Part shown: positions 18,671 through 27,125 of the stretch, in pieces | How positions within the stretch are numbered: position 1 is the first letter of the stretch | Layout: the number at the start of each line of letters is the position of its first letter | Origin: a virus | Lineage: Duplodnaviria; Heunggongvirae; Uroviricota; Caudoviricetes | DNA: 64,000 nucleotides | Virus record (IMG/VR): IMGVR_UViG_3300031647_000750 | Coordinates: 64,025-128,024 of that record | Reading direction: 5' to 3' (one strand) | Program-made: the position numbers and the translations under genes | The notes under the pieces: model-generated | The model's database searches: none | What the model saw: the letters and a program-made list of their open reading frames with translations, nothing else | Told to the model about the DNA's origin: nothing

Positions 18671-18943
18671 ATGGCTATGCTAAACACTGTTCAAGATCAA
18701 ATAGGTCGTATGTCTTCAGACGAACTAAACAAAGTAGTAGAATCAGTTAAACTACGTAGGACTTACTTAGCCCGTCAAACAACTAACAGCATTGTCATCG
18801 GTGACAAAGTTCAATTCAATGGTGGACCAAAGCATGGGACTATCACTGGTAAAGTGGTTAAAGTCAACATCAAAACCATCGTAGTAGACTCTGGTCCTAA
18901 TAACTGGAAAGTATCTGCCAACCTTATCTCTAAGGTATCATAA
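18671..18943 (+). CDS. small KOW/SH3-like protein
   Basis: GDKVQF.G...ITGKVVKVNIKTIVV...WKVS beta-barrel pattern. Confidence 0.6.
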   Translation: MAMLNTVQDQIGRMSSDELNKVVESVKLRRTYLARQTTNSIVIGDKVQFNGGPKHGTITGKVVKVNIKTIVVDSGPNNWKVSANLISKVS

Positions 18944-18961
18944 CCATTACAATAACACAAT

Positions 18962-18989
18962 AAAGGTATGCTAATCACATACCTTTTTT
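18962..18989 (+). terminator. rho-independent terminator
   Basis: AAAGGTATG-loop-CATACCTTTTTT. Confidence 0.7.
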
Positions 18990-19027
18990 ATATATAACAA
19001 TAATATATAACAAGGCATCATACCTTA

Positions 19028-19445
19028 ATAAGTCATATCTCCCCTAGTAGAACTCCAATCATATACCAAGTAACGATACACATAACAATAAGTCAATCAT
19101 CCCCTAGTACAACTCCAACAATAACTACATTCTCCCCTACCATAACCCCACAACAATAGACGGACATAGTAATACATACTATAAGTCATATCTCCCCTAG
19201 TAGAACTCCAATCATATACACTATAACTACATTCTCCCCTAGTAGAACTCCACAATATATACAATAGTATATCATAACCCCAGCAATATATACAATAGTA
19301 TATCACACCTTAATAAGTCATATCTCCCCTAGTAGAACTCCAATATAATACACAATATACACAGTAAGGCACTATACATGGGACACCAACTGTAGGAGTA
19401 GTGTAACATACTATACAAGTCATATCTCCCCTAGTGTAACTCCAA
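19028..19445. repeat. iteron-like direct-repeat array (7 CCCCTA cores)
   Basis: ATAAGTCATATCTCCCCTAGTAGAACTCCAAT and variants at about 19028, 19088, 19181, 19313, 19417; ATAACTACATTCTCCCCTA at 19121, 19223. Confidence 0.9.
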
Positions 19446-19514
19446 TGTCTACGCCTCACTGTAGGATTATAGTAGGATACCATAATGGGCTGTATAGTAG
19501 GGTTTTACCATAGC

Positions 19515-19675
19515 CTTTATATTTTTAGTCACACAGGGCGAGAGGGTGTTTAGATAATTATCAACGTTTAAGCATCATTCAGCCAGTATAGACTCATAAT
19601 AGGGCTACAATAGGGCTATAAATCGGTAGTCTTTATATTTTAGTCCGGGTAAGGCGAGAGGGTGTTTAGATAATT
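19515..19675. repeat. pair of ~45-bp direct repeats
   Basis: CTTTATATTTT(T)AGTC-n6/7-GGCGAGAGGGTGTTTAGATAATT at about 19515 and 19631. Confidence 0.85.
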
Positions 19676-20021
19676 TTGAGCCTTATTTTGTATATACAAT
19701 TAATTAATAATTAAGCCGCAACAGTCTCCCAACGATGGTAGAATGATAGTGATACACTGCCTAACGCTGTGTGGTATGATATGAGAGCGTGTATGGGTGT
19801 GTGTTACGAGAGTAGAGTCTAGTGTAGTATAGAGTGTTCCTAGTGTGTATAGGTTATAGTTTCTGTAGGGGAGAGTATAGTTATAGTTTAGTGTGAGTAT
19901 GTTATAGAGAGAGTAGTTGTTTATGTAGTTGTTATGGTTATGCGTGTTAAGAAATATGATAAAAGAGGGTAAAAATTTTGGTGATGTATTTGTATTATAT
20001 TTAATTAATTTAATTAAGTTA

Positions 20022-20050
20022 TTGACAAGTGAGAGTCCTTACTGTATACT
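20022..20050 (+). promoter_or_regulatory. early promoter module
   Basis: TTGACA-AGTGAGAGTCCTTACTG-TATACT. Confidence 0.75.
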
Positions 20051-20064
20051 AGTTATATGAGTTA

Positions 20065-20250
20065 ATGAAATGGGAAGAGATTATGAAGGTATTATTGATT
20101 GGTATGTTGTTCAGTTTTATAGGTGTGTTACTATATGTATTTTCGGTAGGATTTGGTCCTGAGGTATTTGGAGTAGTTTATATTCTAGTGATTCTATTGT
20201 TTGGATTGTATTTGTTAAGGTTGAAGAGGTTGGAAAATTCTGATGAATAA
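20065..20250 (+). CDS. small two-TM membrane protein
   Basis: Two hydrophobic helices flanking GFGP. Confidence 0.65.
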   Translation: MKWEEIMKVLLIGMLFSFIGVLLYVFSVGFGPEVFGVVYILVILLFGLYLLRLKRLENSDE

Positions 20251-20326
20251 GGTATTATTGAGTAAGATGTCTTATTGTGTTAAATGTTAAAAAAAATTCG
20301 TTGGTTTGTGTTATGGGAGATTGGTG

Positions 20327-20599
20327 ATGGCTGTCTTTATTGGAAGTATGAGGGCTGAATTGATTGAGCGTTATGGTGCGATAAAGCAGAGTGATGGAAC
20401 TTATGTAGATGAATTTGGTGCGATTAGTTGGTTTAATGAAAAAGGTCAATGGCATCGTGAAGATGGTCCTGCTAGTATATTTGTAGACACTAGTGTTGAG
20501 TGGTTTTTCAATGGTGTAAATTATCCATTTAATCAGTGGTGTAAAATTGTAGGAATAAGTGAAGAGTATAAGATGATGTTGAGGTTACAGTATGGGTGA
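20327..20599 (+). CDS. HREDGPA-motif protein, paralog 1
   Basis: QSDGTY, HREDGPA, C-terminal MMLRLQYG; start at ATG 20327 after GGGAG. Confidence 0.85.
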   Translation: MAVFIGSMRAELIERYGAIKQSDGTYVDEFGAISWFNEKGQWHREDGPASIFVDTSVEWFFNGVNYPFNQWCKIVGISEEYKMMLRLQYG

Positions 20600-20882
20600 T
20601 CGTTATGAGTATTGCGAGAGGACTAAGTTGTCACATCATATAGAAGATTATAAGGCTGAGTTGCAGAGTGATGGTTCGTATTTGCATAATGATGGTGATG
20701 TGTATTGGTATAAAGATGGTAATATACATAGAGAAGATGGACCTGCTGTGATAAGGTGTGACACGGATGGTGGTTATGTACAGTGGCATTTGGGTAATAA
20801 TAAGTATTCATTTGACGATTGGTGTAGATTCACTAATTGTAGTGATGAACGTAAGATGATGTTGAGGTTACAGTATGGGTAG
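20592..20882 (+). CDS. HREDGPA-motif protein, paralog 2
   Basis: LQSDGSYLH, HREDGPA, MMLRLQYG. Confidence 0.85.
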   Translation: MGDRYEYCERTKLSHHIEDYKAELQSDGSYLHNDGDVYWYKDGNIHREDGPAVIRCDTDGGYVQWHLGNNKYSFDDWCRFTNCSDERKMMLRLQYG

Positions 20883-21204
20883 CATCAGCATCAGAGTTAG
20901 TTCTTTGTGGGAGCCATATACGGGCAGTAGTACCAGATTGGAAGATCATATAAAAGATTGGAACGCGACACAATTAGAAGATGGTTCATGGTTGCATGAT
21001 CACGGACATGTATATTGGTATAATGATCTTGGTGGTCTACACAGAGAAGATGGTCCTGCTATAACATCGCCACCGAACAAATATGGTGTAGTAGAAGTAT
21101 GGTGGTATTTGAATGATAGTCATTGTCGTTCATTTGAAGAGTGGTTGATTAATGTTAAGATTAGTGATGAACGTAAGATGATGTATAGGTTGCAGTATGG
21201 ATGA
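20875..21204 (+). CDS. HREDGPA-motif protein, paralog 3
   Basis: DGSWLH, HREDGPA, MMYRLQYG. Confidence 0.85.
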   Translation: MGSISIRVSSLWEPYTGSSTRLEDHIKDWNATQLEDGSWLHDHGHVYWYNDLGGLHREDGPAITSPPNKYGVVEVWWYLNDSHCRSFEEWLINVKISDERKMMYRLQYG

Positions 21205-21478
21205 TTTTGTTAATAACTTTAATGCGAGGTACGATCATATAAAGAATTATAGTGCTGCGTTGCAGAGTGATGGTACGTGGTTGCATGATGATGGTGATGT
21301 GTTTCGTTACGATCATTTGGGTCGGGTACATTGTGAATTTGGTCCTGCTATATTGCATCATATAGAGGGTGATGGATGGTATTTAGATGGTATTGAGTAT
21401 GGTACATTTGAAGAGTGGTTGATTGATACTGCGGTTGATGAAGAGACAAAGATGATGTTGAGGTTGCAGTATGCGTGA
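21197..21478 (+). CDS. HREDGPA-motif protein, paralog 4
   Basis: LQSDGTWLH, HCEFGPA, MMLRLQYA. Confidence 0.85.
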   Translation: MDDFVNNFNARYDHIKNYSAALQSDGTWLHDDGDVFRYDHLGRVHCEFGPAILHHIEGDGWYLDGIEYGTFEEWLIDTAVDEETKMMLRLQYA

Positions 21479-21788
21479 GAGTTATGGCGAGATAATGCAA
21501 AGGATAGCACTGAGTGATATGAAGATGTCCATGAGTGATAGGGATCGTCATATCAATGCGTATGATGCATGTCGTCAAAGTGATGGCTCATACTTGCATA
21601 GTGATCGCGATGTGTATTGGTATAATGAGGAGGGACAAGTACATAGAGAAGATGGTCCGTCTATTATATATAGGTTGGGTGGATTGTATTGGTATTTAAA
21701 TGGTTTTGATTATACATTTAATGAATGGTGTAATACATTGAATAAGACAGATGAAGAGAAGATGTTGTTGAGGTTACAGTATGGTTGA
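21471..21788 (+). CDS. HREDGPA-motif protein, paralog 5
   Basis: QSDGSYLH, HREDGPS, MLLRLQYG. Confidence 0.85.
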   Translation: MRESYGEIMQRIALSDMKMSMSDRDRHINAYDACRQSDGSYLHSDRDVYWYNEEGQVHREDGPSIIYRLGGLYWYLNGFDYTFNEWCNTLNKTDEEKMLLRLQYG

Positions 21789-22095
21789 TTATTACGATAC
21801 AAATTGTTATAGTAGTGAATTTGCGTATCATGAGGATTCGTTCAATATGGAATTGCAAGATGATGGTAGTTATTTACATGATGATGGTGAATATTTTTGG
21901 TATAATGAAGCAGGTGAAATACATCGTGAAGATGGTCCTGCTATTACCAATGAGTCAGATGTTCTTGATAGTAGATCTAGTAGATCTCACAGTTGGTGTC
22001 TTAATGGTGAGGATTTAAGTTTTAAAGAATTTTTGGAGGTATCCCCAACGAGTGATGAGGTTAAGATGATGTTGAGGTTACAGTATGATAGATAA
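21781..22095 (+). CDS. HREDGPA-motif protein, paralog 6
   Basis: LQDDGSYLH, HREDGPA, MMLRLQYDR. Confidence 0.85.
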   Translation: MVDYYDTNCYSSEFAYHEDSFNMELQDDGSYLHDDGEYFWYNEAGEIHREDGPAITNESDVLDSRSSRSHSWCLNGEDLSFKEFLEVSPTSDEVKMMLRLQYDR

Positions 22096-22174
22096 ATTAA
22101 TTGGAGTAAAAGAGTATGCTTAGTACATTTGCATATGTAAGTCGTGAAGCATTAAAACATGCGCAGGGGTATGA

Positions 22175-22600
22175 ATGATATTTATAGCACATAGAGGTAA
22201 CACCGAGGGACCTAGTTCGTCTGAGAATGAGTTGGAATATATGAAGCACGCCTACAACATGGGTTATGGTGTTGAGTGTGATCTACAGTTATTTAATAAT
22301 AAGTTATATTTTGGACATGATGAGCCGCAGCGTCTTGTTGATCATAAATTTATAAGAAAAGATAATGTATTCTGTCATGCAAAGACAGTTGATGTGTTAT
22401 CTATATTAATTAATTTAGGAGTTAATTGTTTCTTTCACGAGACCGATGAAGTAACGCTAACGAGTAGAGGACAGATATGGTGTTATCCTGGAGTACATCC
22501 AGACAATGAAAATGCTATCTGGTTAGATTTGCAAGGTAAATCATTGCCCGATGTAGTAGGAAATATCTATGGTATCTGTAGTGATTATAAGTTGTTATAG
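22175..22600 (+). CDS. glycerophosphodiester phosphodiesterase-like (short, capsule-locus type)
   Basis: IAHRGN, VECD, FGHDEP, HAK, FFHETD, GICSD. Confidence 0.75.
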   Translation: MIFIAHRGNTEGPSSSENELEYMKHAYNMGYGVECDLQLFNNKLYFGHDEPQRLVDHKFIRKDNVFCHAKTVDVLSILINLGVNCFFHETDEVTLTSRGQIWCYPGVHPDNENAIWLDLQGKSLPDVVGNIYGICSDYKLL

Positions 22601-23476
22601 AAATCGACTTTCCAAATAAGTCATAGAAACACATCCAGGTAGTTTGCATACACCTTCCATTTTAATAAGATCGGTCATGCACCATGTCCAGAAAGTATGA
22701 TATAATGCTCTATTCATCTGTAAACATTTTATATTATCGCCGATCATCGGATGGAAGCATAAATCTATTGCGTCAAATATATCGACAGCATTTATTTTTT
22801 CTTTTGCCAATGATGAGAAGCCGAAGAATATATCATCGACGCATGCCTTATATGCATGGTAAATTATAGTATTATTGCCGAATAAAATATTAAGATTACC
22901 AGCAGATGAAAACGATACTGAATGAAAAGATGTAATTATATCTATTAAATATGGTGCCCAATAATCTATTACAAGATTATATTCATCATCACTGGTGTTG
23001 GAGTTATCTTTAGTGAACACAAGATCCCATCTCCATCGCAGATATATATCATATCCGTCATCTGCTAGTTGGAATGATTTCCAACCAGATACATGTTGTC
23101 CATAGCCAGCGCGACAATTTTGTAATATTTTATTGATATGATCATCAGAAAGGTTATCATATTCTAATGTAGTCATATCAAACCCGTCTTGATCGCTAGG
23201 ATCATAATTAAACAGATCACATAGTTCATCATTAAGTGTTATGCGATTAATCCAATCTTTCTTAACCCAATCATCTATTATTACTTGATCTTCTATTATT
23301 AATTTTTTAAATTTCACATGTTCTTCGGATGGCGGTATACAATGACTCCATGTATGGCCAACGACATCTACCTCATGCCCTGCTGCTTCTAAAGTAGATA
23401 TAAAGTATGCTAAGTTTTTTGATGGATAGTCGTGCCAATCACGCGTCTGTCCGGATATGCATATTGCTATTTTCAT
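22595..23476 (-). CDS. putative glycosyltransferase-like paralog D
   Basis: MKIAICISGQTRDW, VGHTW, YGQH.SGWKSF, RWRWDL, VDDIFF. Confidence 0.6.
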   Translation of the reverse strand: MKIAICISGQTRDWHDYPSKNLAYFISTLEAAGHEVDVVGHTWSHCIPPSEEHVKFKKLIIEDQVIIDDWVKKDWINRITLNDELCDLFNYDPSDQDGFDMTTLEYDNLSDDHINKILQNCRAGYGQHVSGWKSFQLADDGYDIYLRWRWDLVFTKDNSNTSDDEYNLVIDYWAPYLIDIITSFHSVSFSSAGNLNILFGNNTIIYHAYKACVDDIFFGFSSLAKEKINAVDIFDAIDLCFHPMIGDNIKCLQMNRALYHTFWTWCMTDLIKMEGVCKLPGCVSMTYLESRFL

Positions 23477-23483
23477 AATATTT

Positions 23484-24377
23484 TTACTTCCTGAAATGTG
23501 ATCTAGATGTTTCTATTTCTCTAAGGTATCTAACGTCATTGTAAGTAGCACGAGCGATATTTGGGAATAGGGATGATCCTATTTCTCTAGTCATGTTTAT
23601 ATTTATATATGTCCATAGGAAGTGATATCCGCCACGTTTGCAATCGTATTCGTTATCACGTGCATATGTATCGATTGCATTGAATATATTGATATTATCT
23701 ATTTTTTGTTTTGCATTATTTGTGAATATAAAGTATTGATCATCGACGATCACTGCTGATGATGATTCTAGATGTATCTGTTCTCCGCAGAAATGGAATC
23801 CAGTATTTATTTTGGTTGCGTATTCAAACAAATCATTTAAATATGCAATCCAATAATCTATGTTATTCTTATAATCCTCTTCGACTACTCCAGCATGTAC
23901 TGTGCTAAAGATAAGATCCCACCGCCACCGTAGATATATATCAGAGTCATCATCTGCTAATTGGAATGATTTCCAACCAGAAATATGTTGTCCTATTTGG
24001 CTGCGAGTATACGCTAGCATGTCGTTTATTTGATCTTTTGATAAGTTATTGTATTCTAATTTTTTGGTTGATTTTTCTTGATCTTCCATTGAATAATCAA
24101 AGAATTGTGTCATCTCATTATCGATTACGATGCGTTTATTCCAGTCTTGTTTTACCCAATCTTCTATGACGACTTGGTCATCTACTACTAGTTTTTTAAA
24201 CTGAACTATATCCTGTGAAGGGTATTGAAAAGGTTCATTGCGGTATGACCATGTGTGTGCAACCACGTCCACTGTATGTCCTAGTTGTTCTAGTTGTGAA
24301 ACAAAATACCCTAAATTTTTAGATGGGTATCCATCCCACGATCTAGTTTGTCCTGAGACGCATATTGTGATTTTCAT
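23484..24377 (-). CDS. putative glycosyltransferase-like paralog C
   Basis: MKITICVSGQTRSW, GQHISGWKSF, RWRWDL, VDDQYF. Confidence 0.6.
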   Translation of the reverse strand: MKITICVSGQTRSWDGYPSKNLGYFVSQLEQLGHTVDVVAHTWSYRNEPFQYPSQDIVQFKKLVVDDQVVIEDWVKQDWNKRIVIDNEMTQFFDYSMEDQEKSTKKLEYNNLSKDQINDMLAYTRSQIGQHISGWKSFQLADDDSDIYLRWRWDLIFSTVHAGVVEEDYKNNIDYWIAYLNDLFEYATKINTGFHFCGEQIHLESSSAVIVDDQYFIFTNNAKQKIDNINIFNAIDTYARDNEYDCKRGGYHFLWTYININMTREIGSSLFPNIARATYNDVRYLREIETSRSHFRK

Positions 24378-24381
24378 TTAA

Positions 24382-25272
24382 TTATTCCTTGGCGTATTTA
24401 CGTTGTGGTCGGTTGCCTCTATGAGGACTGTATGTGGTACGTGCAATAGGTGGAAGCATGTTAAGTCCTGATAGTTCGGTTAATCCAATATTAATAAATC
24501 TCCATAAATGTTGTTCTGCTGTTCGAGTCATAGAATTGTCATTAATTACAGCATATGCATCTATGGCTTCAAATATATCGATATTATCTATTTTTTGCTT
24601 TGCTTTATTTGTGAATATAAAGTATTGATCGTCTACAATTGCTTCTCCATCAGTCAATAAAACTGAAGACCCGCAAAAATAGAAATCGGCTGTCATGTGA
24701 TTAGATGCGTATGTAAACAAATCATTTAGGTGATCAGTCCAGTAATTTATATTATTTTTGTAATCGTCTTCGTCCACGAACCGATTGAGTGTATTAAAGA
24801 TAAGATCCCATCGCCATCGTAAATATATATCTGAGTCACTGTCGGCTAGTTGGAATGATTTCCATCCAGAAATGTGTTGTGCGTATTCATTGCGTGACCA
24901 TTCCAGCATATCGTTTCGTATGTATTCTGGTATACGATCATAAGCCATATCATCTCGTGGTGGGAAATCTGTATCATCATTATTATTATTTTGTGGTGCA
25001 TACTCAAAATAATCGCATAGATCATTATCGATTATGACACGGTTATGCCAATCTTGTTTAATCCAATCATCAATCATCGACGAGTTATTTAATTCTATAT
25101 TTTTAAATTGTACAAGATCTTGTGTTGGTGTATCGCAATTATCCCAAGTATGGCCTACTACATTTACAGTATGTCCCATTTGTTCTAACACGGAAATGAA
25201 ATACTGTAAATTATTAGATGGATGATCATTCCAAGATCTAGTCTGACCTGATACGCAGATGGATATTTTCAT
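24382..25272 (-). CDS. putative glycosyltransferase-like paralog B
   Basis: MKISICVSGQTRSW, QHISGWKSF, RWRWDL, VDDQYF. Confidence 0.6.
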   Translation of the reverse strand: MKISICVSGQTRSWNDHPSNNLQYFISVLEQMGHTVNVVGHTWDNCDTPTQDLVQFKNIELNNSSMIDDWIKQDWHNRVIIDNDLCDYFEYAPQNNNNDDTDFPPRDDMAYDRIPEYIRNDMLEWSRNEYAQHISGWKSFQLADSDSDIYLRWRWDLIFNTLNRFVDEDDYKNNINYWTDHLNDLFTYASNHMTADFYFCGSSVLLTDGEAIVDDQYFIFTNKAKQKIDNIDIFEAIDAYAVINDNSMTRTAEQHLWRFINIGLTELSGLNMLPPIARTTYSPHRGNRPQRKYAKE

Positions 25273-26210
25273 TACATTTTTGCATCTATTAGCAATGCTT
25301 CTTCGTGTAATTCGTCTATTTTCATTTGATTGCGATTTGCTTCATCTATTTTCAACTGAAAACGTGCTGGTCTATATGTCGCACGTACACATGCTGGTAG
25401 ACTACATGATCCGTCTAGTTCAGGATATTGGGTCATTATATATGTCCACAATGTATGATATACTTCTCTGTTAAGCACATTGTCGTTTACGTTAGAGTAT
25501 TCATGTATTGCATCAAATATATCTAAAAGATCTATACGCTCTTTTGCGCGTGAGGTGAATGCAAAGAATGTATCATCGACGCATACACTATTCACTGCAT
25601 GAACAATAGTAGATCCGCCGAAATGCACATCGATTCCGTCGCTTGATGATCCCGTTAACATTGCACATTGTTCGAATAGGTCGTTTAAATAGTGCATCCA
25701 ATAATCTATATTATCTTTGTATTCATCTTCTATTACACCTATTTGAAGTTTATTAAAGATAATATCCCATCTCCATCTGATATACAGGTGAGCATCATTG
25801 TCTGCCAATTGAAAAGATTTATATCCGGAAATATGTTGTCCATATGCATGACGACATCCATATGCGAGTTCGTATTGATCATCCTTAGATAGGTTGTCAT
25901 ATTCAAATGTGTTAAACTCATGACTTTCCCGTCCATGGTAGTCGAATCTTTCAGCAACCAAATCACTAATAGAAAGTCGGTGCATCCAATCTTCCTTGAC
26001 CCATTCTTCTATCATTGCCTGATCATCGATTACAAGTTTATCAAACGTCACGTGGTGTTGTAAAGGTACTTCGCAATGTGACCACGTATGTCCTACTACT
26101 TTCACTTGATGTCCAAAATCTTTTAAGCGTGTAATAAAGTATCCTAAATTTTTAGATGGGTAGTTGTTCCAGTCGCGGGTCTCGCCAGATATGCATATTG
26201 TTATTTTCAT
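25272..26210 (-). CDS. putative glycosyltransferase-like paralog A
   Basis: MKITICISGETRDW, YGQHISGYKSF, RWRWDI, VDDTFF. Confidence 0.6.
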   Translation of the reverse strand: MKITICISGETRDWNNYPSKNLGYFITRLKDFGHQVKVVGHTWSHCEVPLQHHVTFDKLVIDDQAMIEEWVKEDWMHRLSISDLVAERFDYHGRESHEFNTFEYDNLSKDDQYELAYGCRHAYGQHISGYKSFQLADNDAHLYIRWRWDIIFNKLQIGVIEDEYKDNIDYWMHYLNDLFEQCAMLTGSSSDGIDVHFGGSTIVHAVNSVCVDDTFFAFTSRAKERIDLLDIFDAIHEYSNVNDNVLNREVYHTLWTYIMTQYPELDGSCSLPACVRATYRPARFQLKIDEANRNQMKIDELHEEALLIDAKM

Positions 26211-26225
26211 AATATTGATTCCTGT

Positions 26226-26795
26226 TTATAATCCTAATATGTTATATGCTTCATTGGGAAGCCCGTGTGATTTCATTCGTTCTGGATGCCATAGTACTGT
26301 TACTATATTATCCATTATCCAACTTTCACAGTATCCTTCGGTATCTGTAGCAAGACAAGTTGCACCGATTGGAATACTATTTAATACTTCCTCGTGTCTG
26401 CTATGCACATTTATGCTACGATTATTGTAGCATATAGTATGATTTTCTGTATGGTTATCGTTTGGTTTAATGTCACCACCCAGTTGCATGGTGAGGAATT
26501 GTGTTCCTCTACTGATGCCTAGTATGGGTTTATTGTGTAGTCTAGCGATGTCTAGTGTTTGTTTTTCTATTTGCAATCGTATGTTATTATATTGCCAATT
26601 ATCTGACATCATGCTATTGCCGCCAGAGAACACGATGATGTCACAATTAATTATTGCGTCAGTATTAAAGTGTTTTAAGTTATTTGGTATTGGGTATAAT
26701 GTATGACCTGCGAACATGTCATAGAAGCCGTGGTCGATACTATCATAAGGTCCGTTACGAAAGTCAATTACACGTTGAGTAATCGCTATATTCAT
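26226..26795 (-). CDS. class I glutamine amidotransferase-like / gamma-glutamyl hydrolase (peptidase C26-like), nucleophile Cys replaced by Ser
   Basis: FSGGN, PILGISRGTQ (canonical GICRG), VHSRH, LWHPER. Confidence 0.8.
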   Translation of the reverse strand: MNIAITQRVIDFRNGPYDSIDHGFYDMFAGHTLYPIPNNLKHFNTDAIINCDIIVFSGGNSMMSDNWQYNNIRLQIEKQTLDIARLHNKPILGISRGTQFLTMQLGGDIKPNDNHTENHTICYNNRSINVHSRHEEVLNSIPIGATCLATDTEGYCESWIMDNIVTVLWHPERMKSHGLPNEAYNILGL

Positions 26796-26829
26796 TTATT
26801 AATTCCTATATTCATTTATTAATTCCTAT
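26786..26829. repeat. 20-bp tandem duplication spanning RBS and start codon
   Basis: CTATATTCATTTATTAATTC twice plus a partial third copy. Confidence 0.85.
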
Positions 26830-26837
26830 TATAAGAC

Positions 26838-26845
26838 TATTTATA
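26838..26845 (-). promoter_or_regulatory. T4-type late promoter
   Basis: TATAAATA(GTC) on the minus strand upstream of the GATase-GT operon. Confidence 0.65.
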
Positions 26846-26867
26846 TTGATTTAATTATGTATTAATC

Positions 26868-26896
26868 TTGACATGTAATGTGTATTGCTGTATAAT
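26868..26896 (+). promoter_or_regulatory. early promoter
   Basis: TTGACA-TGTAATGTGTATTGCTG-TATAAT. Confidence 0.75.
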
Positions 26897-26927
26897 TAAT
26901 ATATAAATTAATGACAGGAAGCATGTG

Positions 26928-27098
26928 ATGAAATATACAGTAATTTACAGTGATGGTACTGAGCAAATGTTTTATATACGTGGAATGGCAGAGATGAATG
27001 CTCGCTTATATGACGGTCGTGTAGTAGGCAAGCCTAAGTTAACATTAGTAACGGATGAACCATCGCAACCAATGCTTCCAGCATGGGTAGCAGCATAA
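26928..27098 (+). CDS. 56-aa hypothetical protein
   Basis: Hand translation MKYTVIYSDGTEQMFYIRG...PAWVAA; AGGA RBS behind a promoter. Confidence 0.6.
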   Translation: MKYTVIYSDGTEQMFYIRGMAEMNARLYDGRVVGKPKLTLVTDEPSQPMLPAWVAA

Positions 27099-27125
27099 AT
27101 TGAAATAAAAGAGAGAGAGAGTATA

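Noticed and set aside
19097-19306. 69-aa minus-strand ORF
   Set aside because: Translation merely mirrors the DNA repeats (WSSTRG units); no RBS or promoter
19028-19445. CRISPR array
   Set aside because: Repeats vary in length and type, intervals are irregular and themselves repetitive, the repeat is not palindromic, and no cas genes are in the window
20327-22095. Diversity-generating retroelement targets
   Set aside because: Differences among paralogs are not adenine-restricted, there is no near-identical TR/VR pair, and no reverse transcriptase is in the window
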